NCBI GenBank assembly: GCA_973851085.1
Contig: OZ316775.1
Span: 21,948,001 to 22,012,000, forward strand
Length of the DNA: 64,000 nucleotides
Direction: 5' to 3'
From: Ptychomitrium polyphyllum
Lineage: Eukaryota
The notes below the pieces were generated by a model, which did not search any database, was not told where the DNA came from, and saw nothing but the letters and a program-made list of their open reading frames with translations. A program made the position numbers and the translations under genes. Below, piece after piece: positions 36,601 through 51,100 of the stretch (position 1 is its first letter; each line of letters begins with the position of its first letter).

Positions 36601-37110
36601 CCAAGAACTTGCTTTCTAGTTACAACAAACTCAAGATTGGTATAAAACTTCTGTAGATTGTCATTGAAAAGACCATCCAAAGTACAAGGTTGGAAATAGT
36701 GTATGGCTCCTACGATGAAACATACAAACAAAAAGATCGTTGGACCAATTGGACTATCAAAGGTTGGAACTACTTGAAATTAGCAAAAAAATAAATTTGG
36801 TCAATTATTGCCTCATACTACCATCAACCATGCAATTTCATTCTAACGTTCTACATATCTTTGTTGGAAACCTACAATAAGTCATGTATAGTACAGAAGG
36901 TTGTTTTTCAGCCTCTTTCTATGGAATTCAATAATGAAATGGAGTATGAAATCAAAGAAATCTTAGATTCACGCATCAAAAATGGACGTGTGGAATACCT
37001 TATACATTGGTAAGGATATGGCATGAATGACCAAACATGGAAACCTTTGATGAACGTAACAAATGCATCTAACAAGGTATGCAAATTTCACCAAAGATAT
37101 CCTCAAAAAT
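33690..37110 (+). pseudogene. Gypsy T pol (PR-RT-RH-INT-chromodomain), disrupted
   Basis: ORF fragments 34045..34776 ([26 protein letters not shown]), 35187..35498 (HPIAFYSKK...KELLAIV) and 36428..36619; chromodomain read manually. Confidence 0.93.
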
Positions 37111-38453
37111 CAGATTATTGGTGATATATTATAATAAACCAATAGCCATTAGCTTCACAAAGAAGATTTTCCATAGGCAAGTATAAAAGGGAGGGAGCAA
37201 TATCTAATCTTCAATTATATGCAGCATTATTTCCAAGCTAAATCATCTCTAGATCCTAGATAGTATGTCAAATCTTTGTGTTATCATGGATATGCGTAAA
37301 GAGTAGTTGGCCGTACCTTCTTCAGCAACTGCAGTTGTGAAATCAACTCAACTTTTTCAACCTTCAGTATTAAAGGATCTAAGCCAAGAAATGATAGAGA
37401 TATTCCAATGTTAAGTGCGACCTTGTGCAGAAGTCTTGGCCAATTGCCTTTTACATTCCAGTCTTAATTCAGATGCTTGAGCTCTAATTATTTTGCTAGA
37501 AATTGGAAGAGTCACTTCTTAAAGATTAGAGATCATGTTTGGAGGATGTTTTCAAAGATTTAATTAAAATGAAATTCTGAACTAGAACATTTTAAGAACA
37601 AAATTCTTGGCTAATGGTCATCACGGCTTCTTGCAAAGATCAACTAAACCAGTGGACAATAAACAACAAGCATAATATATTGCTTCTCTTTTTCAATAAA
37701 TTTTAGAATTTGTGAAGATGTGACAAGCAAGCTATAAGAAGAATTCTTCATGAATTTCCTTGCTAAAGAGGAAGTGATGTCACAAACATAGATTATACAA
37801 CATAGTCTTTTATGACATTCTATAACCTTATTATATATAATAGTAGATTCTTAAAATACTTTCAATGTCTCCATAGCCAATTCTACTTCCCTAAAAAAAT
37901 TCTTAAGAAGGCCTAAACCACTTCAGAAAACTTCCCTAAAAACTTTTACGACTTTTGAAAACTTCCTAGGCTGATTCTATCACTTTGTAAAACTTGCTAA
38001 AAAGATTCCACCATCTTAGTAATCTTCCAAATAAGATTCCAACTCGTTAGAAGTTTCTTAGGAAGATTCCACCATCTTGGAAAATTTCCATGGAAGGTTC
38101 CATAGACTTCTTGAACATTTTAAAGCCTAGTAGGAAGCTTCTTTAGAAGTATCCTAGGAGATACAAGTGTAATGGTATAAATAAGAGACAAGACAAGGTA
38201 TACCTTAGTCTTGCCAACACAAGTTGTTAATCATATTATATCTTGCCTTGCTCTAGTCTTTGTAACATTTCTTGTTAGTCATTAGCTCTTTGAAAGTTAA
38301 TTCTTGAAAAACCCTTTGTCTCAATTTGTTGTTTTTTGTGTCCTTAATAACCATATCACCATTTAAATTATAACATGCTATTCTTTGGAAGGAAATAATG
38401 AATGGTATCTATCTGTGACATTGTTATAATGAAATATACATTATGAATGAAAC

Positions 38454-39596
38454 TGTCGCAACCCATGCGATGTACCTTAATAAGCGTCACAAATGCCAAC
38501 CTTATACACCTTCACATGCACATGGTTAGCCCCCATTTCTACTCTCCAAAATTAAAGCTTATTTTCCAATTCTTCCTATTTATTATCCTACAACATATAA
38601 TTGATCAATAGCCAATGATTAAGTGCGGACTTCCATTCATGTTCAAGGCCTCACTTTGTATTACTTTCATTTCACATGGCCTAACCGCACTTAGTAGTAT
38701 CTCCTCACCACCATTCATGATCCCCATTTGATTCCAATGTCACTTTGGGCCATCATGGTGCCTGCATCAAAACACCACCTCAAATTTGTGATACCTTGTG
38801 CACACTTTAGAACTCACTAATTCCCTTCATAAAACTAGCCACCCACCAGCTCATAATGGTATAGGAGTTCTTGTGCTGAAGCCCCAAGACTCCCCTTTCA
38901 TTACTACTGGGACACTATGGGAGTAAAGAGAGGGAATAGTCTTCTTTTATACTACTCTATGAAAGATTTGGCAGCCTCCTTGGCCCTTCGTAATAGGCCA
39001 AACCCTGATACACCCAAAACTTTGGAAAACCATCTGATCTCCCTAAGAACTTTGCCGCTAGAAGCCTCTGGAACTTCCTGCGGACCTCCAAGGTCCAATA
39101 TCTTCTACGTCTGGTCTCCAAATCTATCAAGCAACTACTCTATCGTCATCTATTCTTTGCCTAGACGCCGATAGACTCTTCAAACGTCCAATTTGAGTTA
39201 GTATTTTGGGATATATGTCTCTCTCAAAGTTCAAGACTCCCAAGTAGTCCCTCCTAGAACTTTCCCAGTCTAGTACAGTCACAGTCCAAGACAGCCACAG
39301 TCTAGAAGAACCCTTATGCAGCCCCAATTTTGGAGTTCAATATCTTCTAGCTCCCTTGTCCAATTTGAGCAAACTTAGCATTCTAGAATCAACTCTTTGT
39401 GAAGCATTTAATCCCTATGACTTTTTCCTTATAGCTCTTAGTCTCTATGGCAACAATGTTCTTCCCCTTTGAAACTTTTTTTACACTAGATCCACTCGGG
39501 TTACCTCACCATTGACACCACAATTCTCGGACGTCACTTCGAGGTCCCCTTTGTGCCCTTAGTGTTACAAATATTCTTTAGAAGAAGTACACAACA
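38454..39596. mobile_element. Solo LTR V2 (same family as V1)
   Basis: TGTCGCAACC...CACAACA; collinear homology with 11691-12826. The flanks (GAAAC / GCTAT) do not form a TSD. Confidence 0.8.
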
Positions 39597-41899
39597 GCTA
39601 TTAATTTAATGCAAGTTTATGATATTTCATGAATTTTCATTTATATGTCATTGTGATCATTTCATGCTTAAGATACAAGTGAGTTTTTGAATGTTGTATC
39701 CATATATGATTAAACACAAAAACAATGAGAAAATACAAAATTAAATATGTGCAAAGTGTTTAAAAGTTAAAATGGAGTTATTATATTTTCAAAGAATTTG
39801 GAGCTAGCCAATTAGGAAATTGCTTCCTTTATTCACTTTCAACTTTTTGACTTAATCTTTAGATACACATTGCATTTGAAAATACACTCTGAATTTTAAT
39901 TCAAAAAAGAGTAAGGAAAATTTTATATTGTAATAAAAAATTTGGTTTCTTAAGCCGTATTCAAATATTGTATTTAAATTTGAAATTTTGATAGAAAATC
40001 AAAAATTTTGAAAGACTTCATTGTAATCTTTATAATTTATCTTAAATTCATAGTTGCACTGAATTTTTTAATTTTCAAAATTTTCAAAATGAAACATAAA
40101 TTTAAATGTAATCTTTGTAAGTGCTTTTTGATTTTTTATATGGTAAATAAAATTGAACTAAAATATTTTTTGTAAGTGAGTTAATTTAATTGAAACAACA
40201 TGAAGGAAAAAATGTCAATATTTCCTATATTATAGCTAAAATTTATAATTGAGGATTCATAAAATATCTCAAAATATTTATTCAATTAGCCACATGTATA
40301 TGTAAGTGTAACATAGTTATTCATTTTATAAATATATCACATTAAAATTCTAATACCTCAAAATCCAAAAAGAATGTTTTAATTTTAATATTTTAATTTA
40401 GTTTGGAGTTGGTTTTATATATGTTATTATAATAAGCCATTAATGTAGGCTTGCCTTGAAGATATGCAATCCATTGTTGGCCTTTGCTTCTTAAATTTAC
40501 CATCTCAAATCTATATTACTTTATTACACCCTTCCTTGCTCTTCTTCATCCTCTTGATCTCATTTTTTGTAAAGACAATGCTTCATTCACTCTTTAATTT
40601 ATTTAACGTTGATTCCAATATATCCTAAGAAAATCTTGATACATAAATTAGATTTTGTCAATGTTCTTTCCACTATTGAAACAAAACATGGTTAAAAATA
40701 CAAATCTAGTGATGAACAAATAGCTATTAAATTACAAATATTGTGTTAAAAGATGTTAATACTATCCAATAAAAAACAACACATGTACAAAGATAATTTG
40801 AGAGAGTAGGAAAGGTGTAGACATGAAAAGGAGTTACAAATATGGAGGACGATGGGTGAAGTGCATGGAAAATTAATGAGATCAAGATGATTAAAAATGT
40901 TAATCAAATAGGATTTATATGGACATTTGATGGAAGAAGTGATGGTTGGATAGTAGACAATGGTGCATCTTGTATTAAGGATTTTTCCATAAGAATAATC
41001 TCATGTATTAACATATAAAGAATTTTATTAGAAAATATTTTTTGGATCATTTTATCATGAGATATGTTATAAAATGAATACACATGTCATATCCTATATT
41101 AATTTGATGTCATCTTAATATAGATTAATGTTACAATCACATCAAATCGACATTGGTTATAATGATATCAAAACCACATTAATATAATAGTATAATAATA
41201 TAAATCAAAATTCTATCAATGCGACACAAACGTATTGTGAATAAGTATTGTAAAAATGACATGTCATGTCATTTTGAATAAATTTTGATACCATTTTAAT
41301 TTATGTCATTTTGCTATCATTTTGGCATTGTTTTAATCAAACTATTTTACATCTTCTCAAATAATGATTCTTTCCAATCAAAGTGACATCAAAATAACAT
41401 AAAAATGACAATGATTAAATATTCATAGAAGCCAAAAGTTAATTTAATATTAAAATTAGGATATTGCTATTGTCACCCAATTAATCTGAATCCACTAATT
41501 ACTACAAAACTGTCATTACATCAAACCACTTGCTTGATACTACATTTTAGCCGTTTCAAAAATACCAAGAATTTTCTTGTGACTAGAACACGTCCGCTTA
41601 TTGTGGCTGGTAGTGCCGCATTGTCTGCAACACCTTACACTTTTTGTAGCATGTTCAAATTCAAAAAGGTTGAGTTTTATAGAAGATTTTGCCTTATTCT
41701 TAGCGCCAACAAGCTAACTTTTTGGCTGCAAATTAACTATTATTAGAAGTTGACTTGCTTTTAGCTCTATAATCAATGCGCATACGACAACTTGCTATGT
41801 TAGAGATTAATGCAAGTATTGGCCTTACAGCAGGTGAAAATCAAGGTGAAATTAATTGAGGTGATTGGGTGCTTATTCTGCCTGCACAGCAACGCTATA

Positions 41900-42720
41900 G
41901 AAATGTCAATGTTGATGAACATCATTTATGAAGATGGGCGCACCTGTGAAGAGATTTGCAATTGTATGGACATGGAGTAAATCCAGTGTGTTCCTTAATA
42001 CACATGTGCATGCCAATAGCAACACATTGGTAGCTGCCTATTGCTTTTGCACATTCAACAACTTCTTTATGTGGGGCAATACATATTCCACAAGCTAAGC
42101 TAAAAGCAGCATGCATTATGTGTGCAATATACAATCATATTTGTTTGCCACAACTACCTTGAATTTGGTACCTTGGTGTGTGAACATCAGCATAATTTGT
42201 TCTTGAATAATGCACAGATCACTGGTGGACATTTATAAAAATTGTTTGAGCATGGCATGCGCTCCTTTAATAGGAGATATTGTTGTGTTCTTAGTCTAGA
42301 AGCAGCCCTTAGTTCAAGCATTGATGAACTTATGTTTCAAGGGGAGCCAAATCTACTCTGAAGCAGCCCTTAGTTCAAGCATTGATGAACTTATGTTTCA
42401 AGGGGAGCCAAATCTACTCTGTATATACCAAAATTATTGGCACATATTTGAAATTGGAACTAAGGTCTCTGCATAGTTGTTGAATTGTTCCAGAATGCTT
42501 ATGCAGCTAATGATTGGCCATGCCTTTATTAATCCATTGCATTGTTCTCCATTGCTGACAAACTTCTTGCATCTTGCTAGCATGTTTTTTTCTATGCTCT
42601 CCATCCTTGATGGCCATCCTTCATTTAGTTGTGAAAAGAATTGTGGATAATGTAATTGTGGACATGTATGAGGTGGTGGCAATACAACTTCAAACTCTGA
42701 TGGCAATACTAGTAATTAGT
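41900..42720 (-). mobile_element. Mutator-like (MULE) transposase remnant, C-terminal part
   Basis: Minus strand reads IWLPLKHKFINA*TKGCF*TKNTTISPIKGAHAMLKQFL*MSTSDL, matching the MULE 'W..KEKFV.AWT...HFGNT.T.R.EGAH..LK' motif. No TIRs confidently found. Confidence 0.6.
42299..42420. repeat. Exact 61-bp tandem duplication
   Basis: 42299-42359 is identical to 42360-42420. Confidence 0.97.
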
Positions 42721-45700
42721 GGAAGAGGGTTAATGGGTGATAGTAGCAAAAATGGGGTTGACAACAACAATACCCTAAAATTATTGTCTCCAAGCTCACA
42801 GATGTACTCCTAAATCAAGCATTTAGGAGTACATTTGGTAAGTCAGCAATATGCAAGGTCTTCCAAAATTCACATACTGTATCTTACTTATATTATCTTT
42901 TGCACAAGGCAAGTGAGAAACCCTGTTATGAGGAGTACCAGTACTATTGAAAAATCAATTTTTAAGTTGCCTTCTATGTTGCATGCTTATCAGAACCTGG
43001 ACTCTTGGGATTGACTACGTGATAGGATCTCTTGGCTGAAATTATAACTATGCCTTTTTCATTTTTAAATAGGCTGAGAAATGTGAACTGATGAATTTAA
43101 TATGTATCACTATTCTATTCATTACCATGATGGTGATATCACTTTTAATGGATTGTTGGTTTCATTGGATCCCAAAACGTAATGATGGAATATAGGTCCA
43201 ATTGATCAACAAAAGGAAATTCAAGAAAAAGAAAATCAATTTACTTGCAAAAGAAATATGAAAGAAAAGAAGAGTGGACATGATATATTTTCTCACCCTG
43301 ACAGGATGATACATTCTCGTGTTCTGTAGCATGAAGATCACTGTTAACTCATTACAACTTTCTTGCTTGCTACTTCAGCAATGTAACTGGCCATACATCC
43401 AAAGTTCCATCACCTACAAGGTAAGTTCCTACATTTTACTGCATAAATTCCCTAGAACTGTCACCTCAATTAAGTCTTTGGGGACATTTCTGCTATTTTT
43501 CTGCAGTGGCATTTCTGATGTGTACTTGTACAAAATTAGACTCTACCTACACCATGCCACATGCTGAGCAACTTTAGGCTTTACCAAATCACTTGGCAAG
43601 CCCAGCTGTGCTTGCCAAATTTGAGTGAGAATAGCATGACAAAGCAATAGAAGCAAACCTACTCATCAGTAAACATCAAAATCACAAAATTTGTCAATTT
43701 GTGTCATTTTAACCTAAACCATTTTGATTTCGTTTAGATTTCCTTTTGACATCATTCGTGTCCTTTTGTTAATCTAAAATCTATGTCAGTTCATATAATC
43801 CTCATATCATTTTAATATGAGGAACGGGGAAATGACATATAATCATCTCAATTTCATACCCATGCAAGCATAATATAAAATGGTTTTTGGAGCTGGAAAA
43901 TAATGATATAAAGTCCAAGATATGAATGTTGAGTCGTGGGTGGCCGTTTTCCAACTCAAAAAGGAGCCCACCTTGAAACATGGAGGCTGGTGTGCCATGC
44001 ATGTGTCTGTGCGGCAACTCACAGAATCTCACTTCAAAGCCGTTCATCTCTGGGCAGTCCTTAGACTCTTGTCAGACTTTTCTGTGCTTATCCTTCATTC
44101 AAAACATGTCATGACATCATGGTGGAGACCTTGGAGGCATGTGAATATGCTACTTATAATTTGTGTTGTTTCTACGATGCTTCGGAAGAGTGAGGATACT
44201 GACCGTTTTGGCTGACATGAATTAAGGGTGTATTTGTGTTTGGACTGCAGCAGTTTGCACCATGCTTACCAAGTCGTTGTCAGGAGAGACTCTTTACATA
44301 TAAGATCAATGGGTGGGAGCTCAATGAAGTGCGCAGTTTTCATTGGTGGAGATCAAGGTTATCCTTGGTTGGATTTACAAAATCTAAAACCTTAGGTTTT
44401 AGTCCAAGTAGATTTTCTTGAATGAAATTTTTTCTTGAAATCAATAGGAAAAGTGTGCAGAGTCTTCTTTAGGACTTAAAATTACTTATTTCTTTCAACC
44501 TCCAAGAGATTCTAAATTCTTAAAGTAAAAAGTAAACTTTGGGCCCAATGTTTTTAGAAATCTAAATTTAAGATATTTAAATAAGGATCTAAATAACCAA
44601 TAACTTTTAGAGTTGGATATCTTAGAGCTTTATTTTTTTGTAAATTGATTTGAGACTTTTATGTATGTTATTATTGTTCTATATTATTTTCATTAAGGAT
44701 TGTTGCTTTCTTATTTGAATTTACACCTAAATTTTAGACCATATTTTATTTGGAATTCATGTATTTGGTGAAATATACTTTGTTTATAATAGTATCATCT
44801 TTTAAATAAGGTACTACTTGTATTTTTGAATTAGAATTCAAATTCATAAATTTAACTATATCTATTTATATATAAGAAGTTGTAATATGAAGGTGAGTAT
44901 TTTGAATGTGAGTTAGTGTAATTGGCTTTAAAATGGAATGAAAGGCCTAATATCTATACTGTAGATGGTTGGATTTACTCTATGGAATTCAAGCTCACTT
45001 TTGAAGTGTTCAATTTTAGATTTTATCTTCCATGTTTAATAAAAAAATTCAAAAGTTGAAGCAACTGATTATTTTTTCAAAAAGTAAAAAATTAATAATA
45101 AATGATGATGAAGGTATATAACATTGAAATCATCAAGACATGAATTTAGTTTAATGACATACTACACAAACTTCTTATAACTTAAATGGAATAAACTCTT
45201 TATAATGAAAATGCACCTTTAAATGATACTTATATTTTGAAAAAAAGGTCTAAAAGTGGACATTGAAGAATGTTATGCTTGCCCACAATATTTTTTTCAT
45301 TTCATAGTACATGGTTTACTTTGTGATTCACTTTTATTAGAAATATTACCACACTTCATGGATATGATTAAATAAACATCTTTTGGTTTTTGCAAATAAA
45401 GCATTTAATTTTAATCTTTTTGATTATATTGGAGGTATTTAAAAAAATTAATCCATTAGGATCTTTTTGTGTCATTTTCCATTATCTAAAATAGCCAATA
45501 CTTCAATTTGATATGAATAGTGCATCATGTTAAAAGGCAGATGTACAAAGAAATTTGTGCATAGATGTTATTTTGGAACTTTTTTGTTTTATAGGTTATT
45601 ATTTTATTTTATTTTATTTATAACTATTTGACATGCTCTCTATTTAATCATTATTATGCAAGAGAACAAATGTTATTGTAAAACCAATGCTCGACATAAT

Positions 45701-48700
45701 GCAAGTTTATATATAACTTTTTATAGTCCAAAATTAAGTTGTAAAGAAAATTTATAATTACAAATAGGGCCAATGTATCTTTATATAAATTGACAATTTG
45801 TCACTTTATAAACTAAAGCCCATTATAAAACATAGGCAATATTTGCAAATTACTCATCTTTCAATAAAAACATATTCACCAATCATATGTCTTTTTTCTC
45901 TACATATATCATTCAATTACAAATAACACCATACATATGGAATATACTTCAAAATAAGAAAATAATAAATTGATAATTCAAAACATCATTAATCTTTGTA
46001 AATAAAAGATTATTATTTTTGTAAAAATGTTCATTCTGATTAAAGCCACAACATCTAATATTTAGTATTTTTATTGAAGATAATATAAAACATTTTTAAT
46101 GCTAGAATCTTAAAAAGAATTAGCACTTAAAAAATACAAATGTCTTTATCATATATCATGCTTTATCTACTTCATTATCAATTAAAAGAATTTTGAATAA
46201 TAGCAAAAATCATAGATTTGCAACAAAAATCTTCCATAAATGCAAAAAATTGAAAAAAAGTTGTTACATGAATAAAATTAAAACAAGGCTCATTTTATTC
46301 ATTTATATTTATTAAAATATAAGTTTTAAAATATAAAATTTAATGTTTCTTTTGGAAGTAGTTACAATCAAAATATGGAAATGTTTTGATTAGAATTTGT
46401 TGGAATAAATTCAAGTGGTATATGTTTAAATAAAAATAGGATGTTTATTGTATAGTTTTCAAAAACAGTAGAAAGAATTAATTCTTATTGTGCAATTCTT
46501 CTTGCATAGTTTTGCATAATACTTTTATAAAAGGACAAAAGTAAATTCTTTTACTACATAGTTTTTATGAAGGATTAAGACAAAGTGATATGGAATAGAA
46601 AAGAAGAAATTTACATACAAAAGGTTTAGATATTTTTTGAGTAAAAGTTGAACAAGATAAGAGAGAAGATTTTGCAATATGGTTGAATTTAATAAAAATC
46701 ATAAATATCATGAAATTGCAGTTGTAATAAATCATTCAATATTAGGACTTCTTTGAAAAGCTTATGATGGAATAAAAACTGTGCTATTCACTGTTGGAGA
46801 GGCGGTAGAGACTTGAGCATTTAAAAGCCTTTGCTTATTTATTACGGATTATGTATACAAAAGTAAGTAATAGAAAGAGACATAATAAAGTTTTGGTTGG
46901 AAGAAAATAAGTGAATGATGGATGAAGACATTTTTGTTTCAGTTTTTGGAAAGGTAAAAATGAAGGTAATAAATGCTAGACACGGAAAGTCTTACTACTT
47001 ACTTGGTGAATGATGGAAATTTAACTTTTTTGATTTGTGGATGAAATGCATACTTACATACATATTCACACTCTTAAATTCCTCATCAATCAAGAAAATA
47101 GATAAATACAAAAATAAAGTAGAAATAGAAATAGAAAATATAAAATATACATAAATATGTAAATACATAAAATGTATGTACGTGTGTTATTTTTCTGCAC
47201 TTGGAGGTATCAGCAGAAGGGGGGAACAACTTTCATTTCTTAGTACAACTTGTTGCTGGTTGGTTCCAATGTCTCTGTACCCATTCTTACATGTCAATTC
47301 TCTATTATTGTCCTCTCATATCACATGACAGCTTGGTTGTGAAATGTGATGTTCTGTTGTTGCATGCTGCATCTCCAACCAAATACCGTTGAATGCTGCT
47401 GCCCTTCCTGCAAGGTGCAAATCTTATCAATCTCATTTCTGAATCCTTCTGTCGCTGGCTCAGCAAGAGCCTCCAAGTAAAGTGCACAAACATTCACTAC
47501 TTATAATTAATAGTAGTTCAACATGTGGAAAACGAGAACAAGGAAAAAGTAGGGTATATGTACAGGACAGTGAAATCATAACATTGTAGTGTGTAACACC
47601 CTTTCCAAATCAGGAAAGGGAGGGTACTTTGGTTTGTCAGATATTCACCCCACACAAGTGTAACCATGAATTCATGAAGAAGATTTGTAGGGATCTAGTC
47701 TCCAAAGAGTAGGTTCTAGTTCCTCTCTAGAATATCATGCCTTCTTCAAATTTTAGGTTTCTAAAGCTAGGAAAAAAATCAAAACCTTAAATTTACAACC
47801 ATAAAACTTAGAGTCGAATTTTATAAATATAATATTTATGCATGTAACAACAATTTTGGAATTTTGGAAACTTTACATACATGTCTCAATCCTATTCATA
47901 TTGGATGATGTGCATATTAGTAAAAATGAACTAAAAAAACGTTTGTTGAGGATGACTTTTCAAAAAAGAGAATTGTTTTTCTTAATATTTTCAGCATTTA
48001 AAATATAAAAAAAAGTGTCTTTTTTTCTTTCAGAATGCCACAAATATATGAACTATAGAGAATTAACACTGAACTCCTAAATGCCCCCAATCATCCCTAA
48101 ACTTGCTTATTTTCATGAAGTGGTTATAATGAAAAGTGGTGTTACTGGAAGGCAATGTGTCTGAACATAAATACATTCATCAATATGGTTTTCAAGTGGA
48201 GATATGCAAAGTTTTACACAGGCTAATCGTATGGATGCAAACATCACAATGTTTGATTGAGTCCAGATTACATGCTTTTTCTACCGATCTTTAGCTTGGC
48301 ATGGATTATATGGACATGAAAAGTTCTGCACTTCGGCAGAAGTTTTAAGAGATTGTTGTAGTAAGGACTTTGTACAATATGCCCAAGTTTCAATATCGAA
48401 AGTTTAATACAGAAGATTCTGTTGCATGTTAAAGTTCTGGTTTTCCTGCAAGTTGAAGCAACCACTTTCCTGTAAACGTTTGAACAGTGCATGGGACTAC
48501 CTTTGCCAAAGAAATGAACATGCAAAGGGGCCACCTTTGCCAAAGAAATGAACGTCCCAAGCTTCATCCACCTCAATTTATAGAACAATTTCTATTCTGT
48601 TGACGGTTGGGCCCCTGAAACACACCAATTACGGTAGATGACATCGGTTTTCCTTGAATGCGTCAACAAGCTGAAGTAGTCCATGCTCCTATAATAACCT

Positions 48701-49899
48701 AATTTTTGTTTCACAATATAATAGAAAGAATTCTTTCTTTGTAAACTTGTAAAGTTAAGTACCTATTTCCAGCAACTGGAAGCTTGGAAGTCGCAAACTG
48801 GGTTCCTGCAATACGCATGTGAGTGACAGACTTTCTATCTTCGTTACAGCCTGCACCTGTCAATTATCAACAAGTAAAGGTCAGCGAAAATCTGAACTGA
48901 GGAAAGGTGAAATGCCTACGTAGAATGAATAAGTGATAAAACCAGTGAAGATCTGTGCAGGAAATACTACCAAGGTGCAACAATTTGTATTAGCAGCAAG
49001 CCATAAATACGAGTCCCAGCTTATGCACATCCTATAGCTATCGATCCAGCTTGGACAGAAGCTTACCTCGTCATGAAATCTATCCAGACTTCTGGACTTT
49101 TTCAGATAGCGTCCAGAACAGGCCAGTATCCATTCTGCTCTAATCCAAAATTTGCCAGGACTTAAGCCACCTTGTCTGCCTCTGATATTCAACATCACAA
49201 CATGAAAACGAGTTTTAACGAGGAACACATACAAATAATTTGCTCCTGATCTATGTTTTTCCACGTTGATTTTACTGATGATGCTTGTTAGTATATTTAG
49301 ATAGAGAAGTGCAGTACAATGTATCAAGAAGATTAGAAATACCACAATGAAAACCATACACTTGCCAGTAGCTGCAGTTTTTGAGCGCGGTGCAAGCTGC
49401 AGATGGCAACTCCAGTCTTGCCTCTATATTTCGGAACATTCTGCTTAGTGATGCTGGTCTGGAGAGTCTTGTCTCTCTAAATTTTTTGTAAGAATGTTAA
49501 GCAATTGGACAAGGTTGAAGACACATGCCGATTGATATAACGAAACTCGCTCGTTAGAATGTCGTATTCATAAAAACATCATATAACTTGACAAAACATG
49601 ATTCGTTTATACCATTGAATGCAAAAATTCAAAAGCCCGTGTGGTTTGTGAATGCTGTGAGTTGTGTATTGAGTAATGTGAAGTACACCAAGTTCCATCG
49701 AAAGTCTTGTGTCGAGCTGTTTAATACGTCTTCTGATGCCTTCTAGGCTCTCACCAAGACTCTTGTTGCCTTCTTGTAAACGTTGAACTTTAACTTCAGT
49801 CATGCCTGTGCTATGATTTGTAACGTCGTTAGCATTAAGTCCTGTTTAGAGTAAGCTGAGACCGTACATGCGGTCCTAGGTTTCTTATCTTCTAGGGAC

Positions 49900-51100
49900 A
49901 TGACGCATTTGGCTATTAAGCTGAGCAGTCCATCCGAGATCTTGGGGCACTTGCTTTCCCTCCTCCTAGTGCTGGACATTCACGTGTACAAGAGGTGAGA
50001 CTCACTCATTTGCCATACTCGTGATTTGGGGCTCTCTGTGTTCGACAGGCAAGGCAAGATATATATTTCATAGTTACTCGCTATGCTGTGAGAGGCTAGC
50101 AAAGTACTGGGTTTTGGTCAACATTTGCGATGAACCAGGGGTATAGTTTTTTTGACCTAAATGCAAGGAGGTGATTTAGTGTGAAACACAGCAAACAAGA
50201 CTCGAAGTTTGAGTCCATTGAATCTATGAGTGTGCTCACGGATGGAGGTCTAGAGTGTCAAAATTTGCATGCTAATAATGAGGACTTTAATCCGACATCA
50301 GTATTTGTTTCAAAACCTATTGCCAAGACATCCTGAAGATTGCCGTCTATGCCATATCACACCAATTGCATTGAGAGTCCTCCAGAGGTAAATATGGTTG
50401 TCGACACTATCGACCAGAACTACAAGATTTTTGTGATGCCGATTGGAAATGAGGGAGATGATATGAGTAAGATTGACTTTCTCACGGTTGTTCATGATTC
50501 TAAATCCATTCAATAGTGGAGCTCAAGCAACGGGCTTCCGATGCGGGGAGATGGGGTTCATTGTTATGTCAGATACAGCGTATTCTTCAATGGACTTCTG
50601 TACGTTTTGATTTGTCGTGATCAAGAGAGGAATATTGGCTCTGAAGTTACAACCATCATGTCGACGATTCCTAAAATGATATTCACCATTTGCCTGAACT
50701 CATTCTGAGCAATAATTCGTTATTTCCTGCATAATGGCTTCAAAATCCTTAAATTTACGGATAGTCATGCATTAGGGCGATATGCCTGGGACGGCCTAAC
50801 ATATGTTATATACAAACTCAACTGGAGGATAGGACGCACAACAGAGTATCTCAAATGACTAAGGCAGTGATTGTCAAAACTTCTATGTGCCTGGTCTTAG
50901 TGCGAGGTCACATCACATTTCTTTGAATGCGTTGGGTTTTCGTGAATATATTGTAATATTTAGCAAGTCATCTGGAAGCTCTCTAGTGTATGATCTATGC
51001 AAGTGTTCGTTCAATTTGTTGCCTCCAAACCACTTGGAAGTGAACGGCCCTGGACTAGTTGTAACTTAACCAGTCTCTCCAGAAATTGCTGCTACGTTTT
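49900..51100 (+). pseudogene. F-box protein (F-box plus kelch/beta-propeller-like) pseudogene, apparently intronless
   Basis: Manual translation: KLSSPSEILGHLLSLL...KR*DSLIC (F-box), FFDLNARR*F, TDGGL, VFVSKPIAKTS*RLPSMP (cf. VCNP.T..W..LP), VDTIDQNYKIFV, SVFFNGLLY, VYDL...LLPPNHL. Several Trp>stop changes and frameshifts. Confidence 0.72.

Larger units (their letters stand above)
31417..38349 (+). mobile_element. Gypsy T: full-length, decayed Tcn1/chromovirus-type Ty3/Gypsy LTR retrotransposon
   Basis: LTRs 31417-31882 and 37778-38349; TSD ACTAC / ACCAT; PPT AAAGAGGAAGTGA (37765-37777). Gag, ZnK (LYCGKF), PR (FLDTAA), RT (ORF 34045..34776), RNase H (35187..35498), integrase (SMDFIT; LPLAEFAYN) and chromodomain (EYEIKEILDSR...YLIHW*GY...TWKP, ~36940-37100). 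Confidence 0.95.

Noticed and set aside
41253..41275. Perfect 11-bp-arm palindrome AAAATGACATG-T-CATGTCATTTT as a transposon end or Helitron hairpin
   Set aside because: AT-rich and lies among many ATGAC/GTCAT motifs; no CTRR end or partner TIR could be supported.
49000..49080. TPR-like peptide (AIDPAWTEAY) on the + strand
   Set aside because: Too short, bounded by stops, and no supporting repeats.
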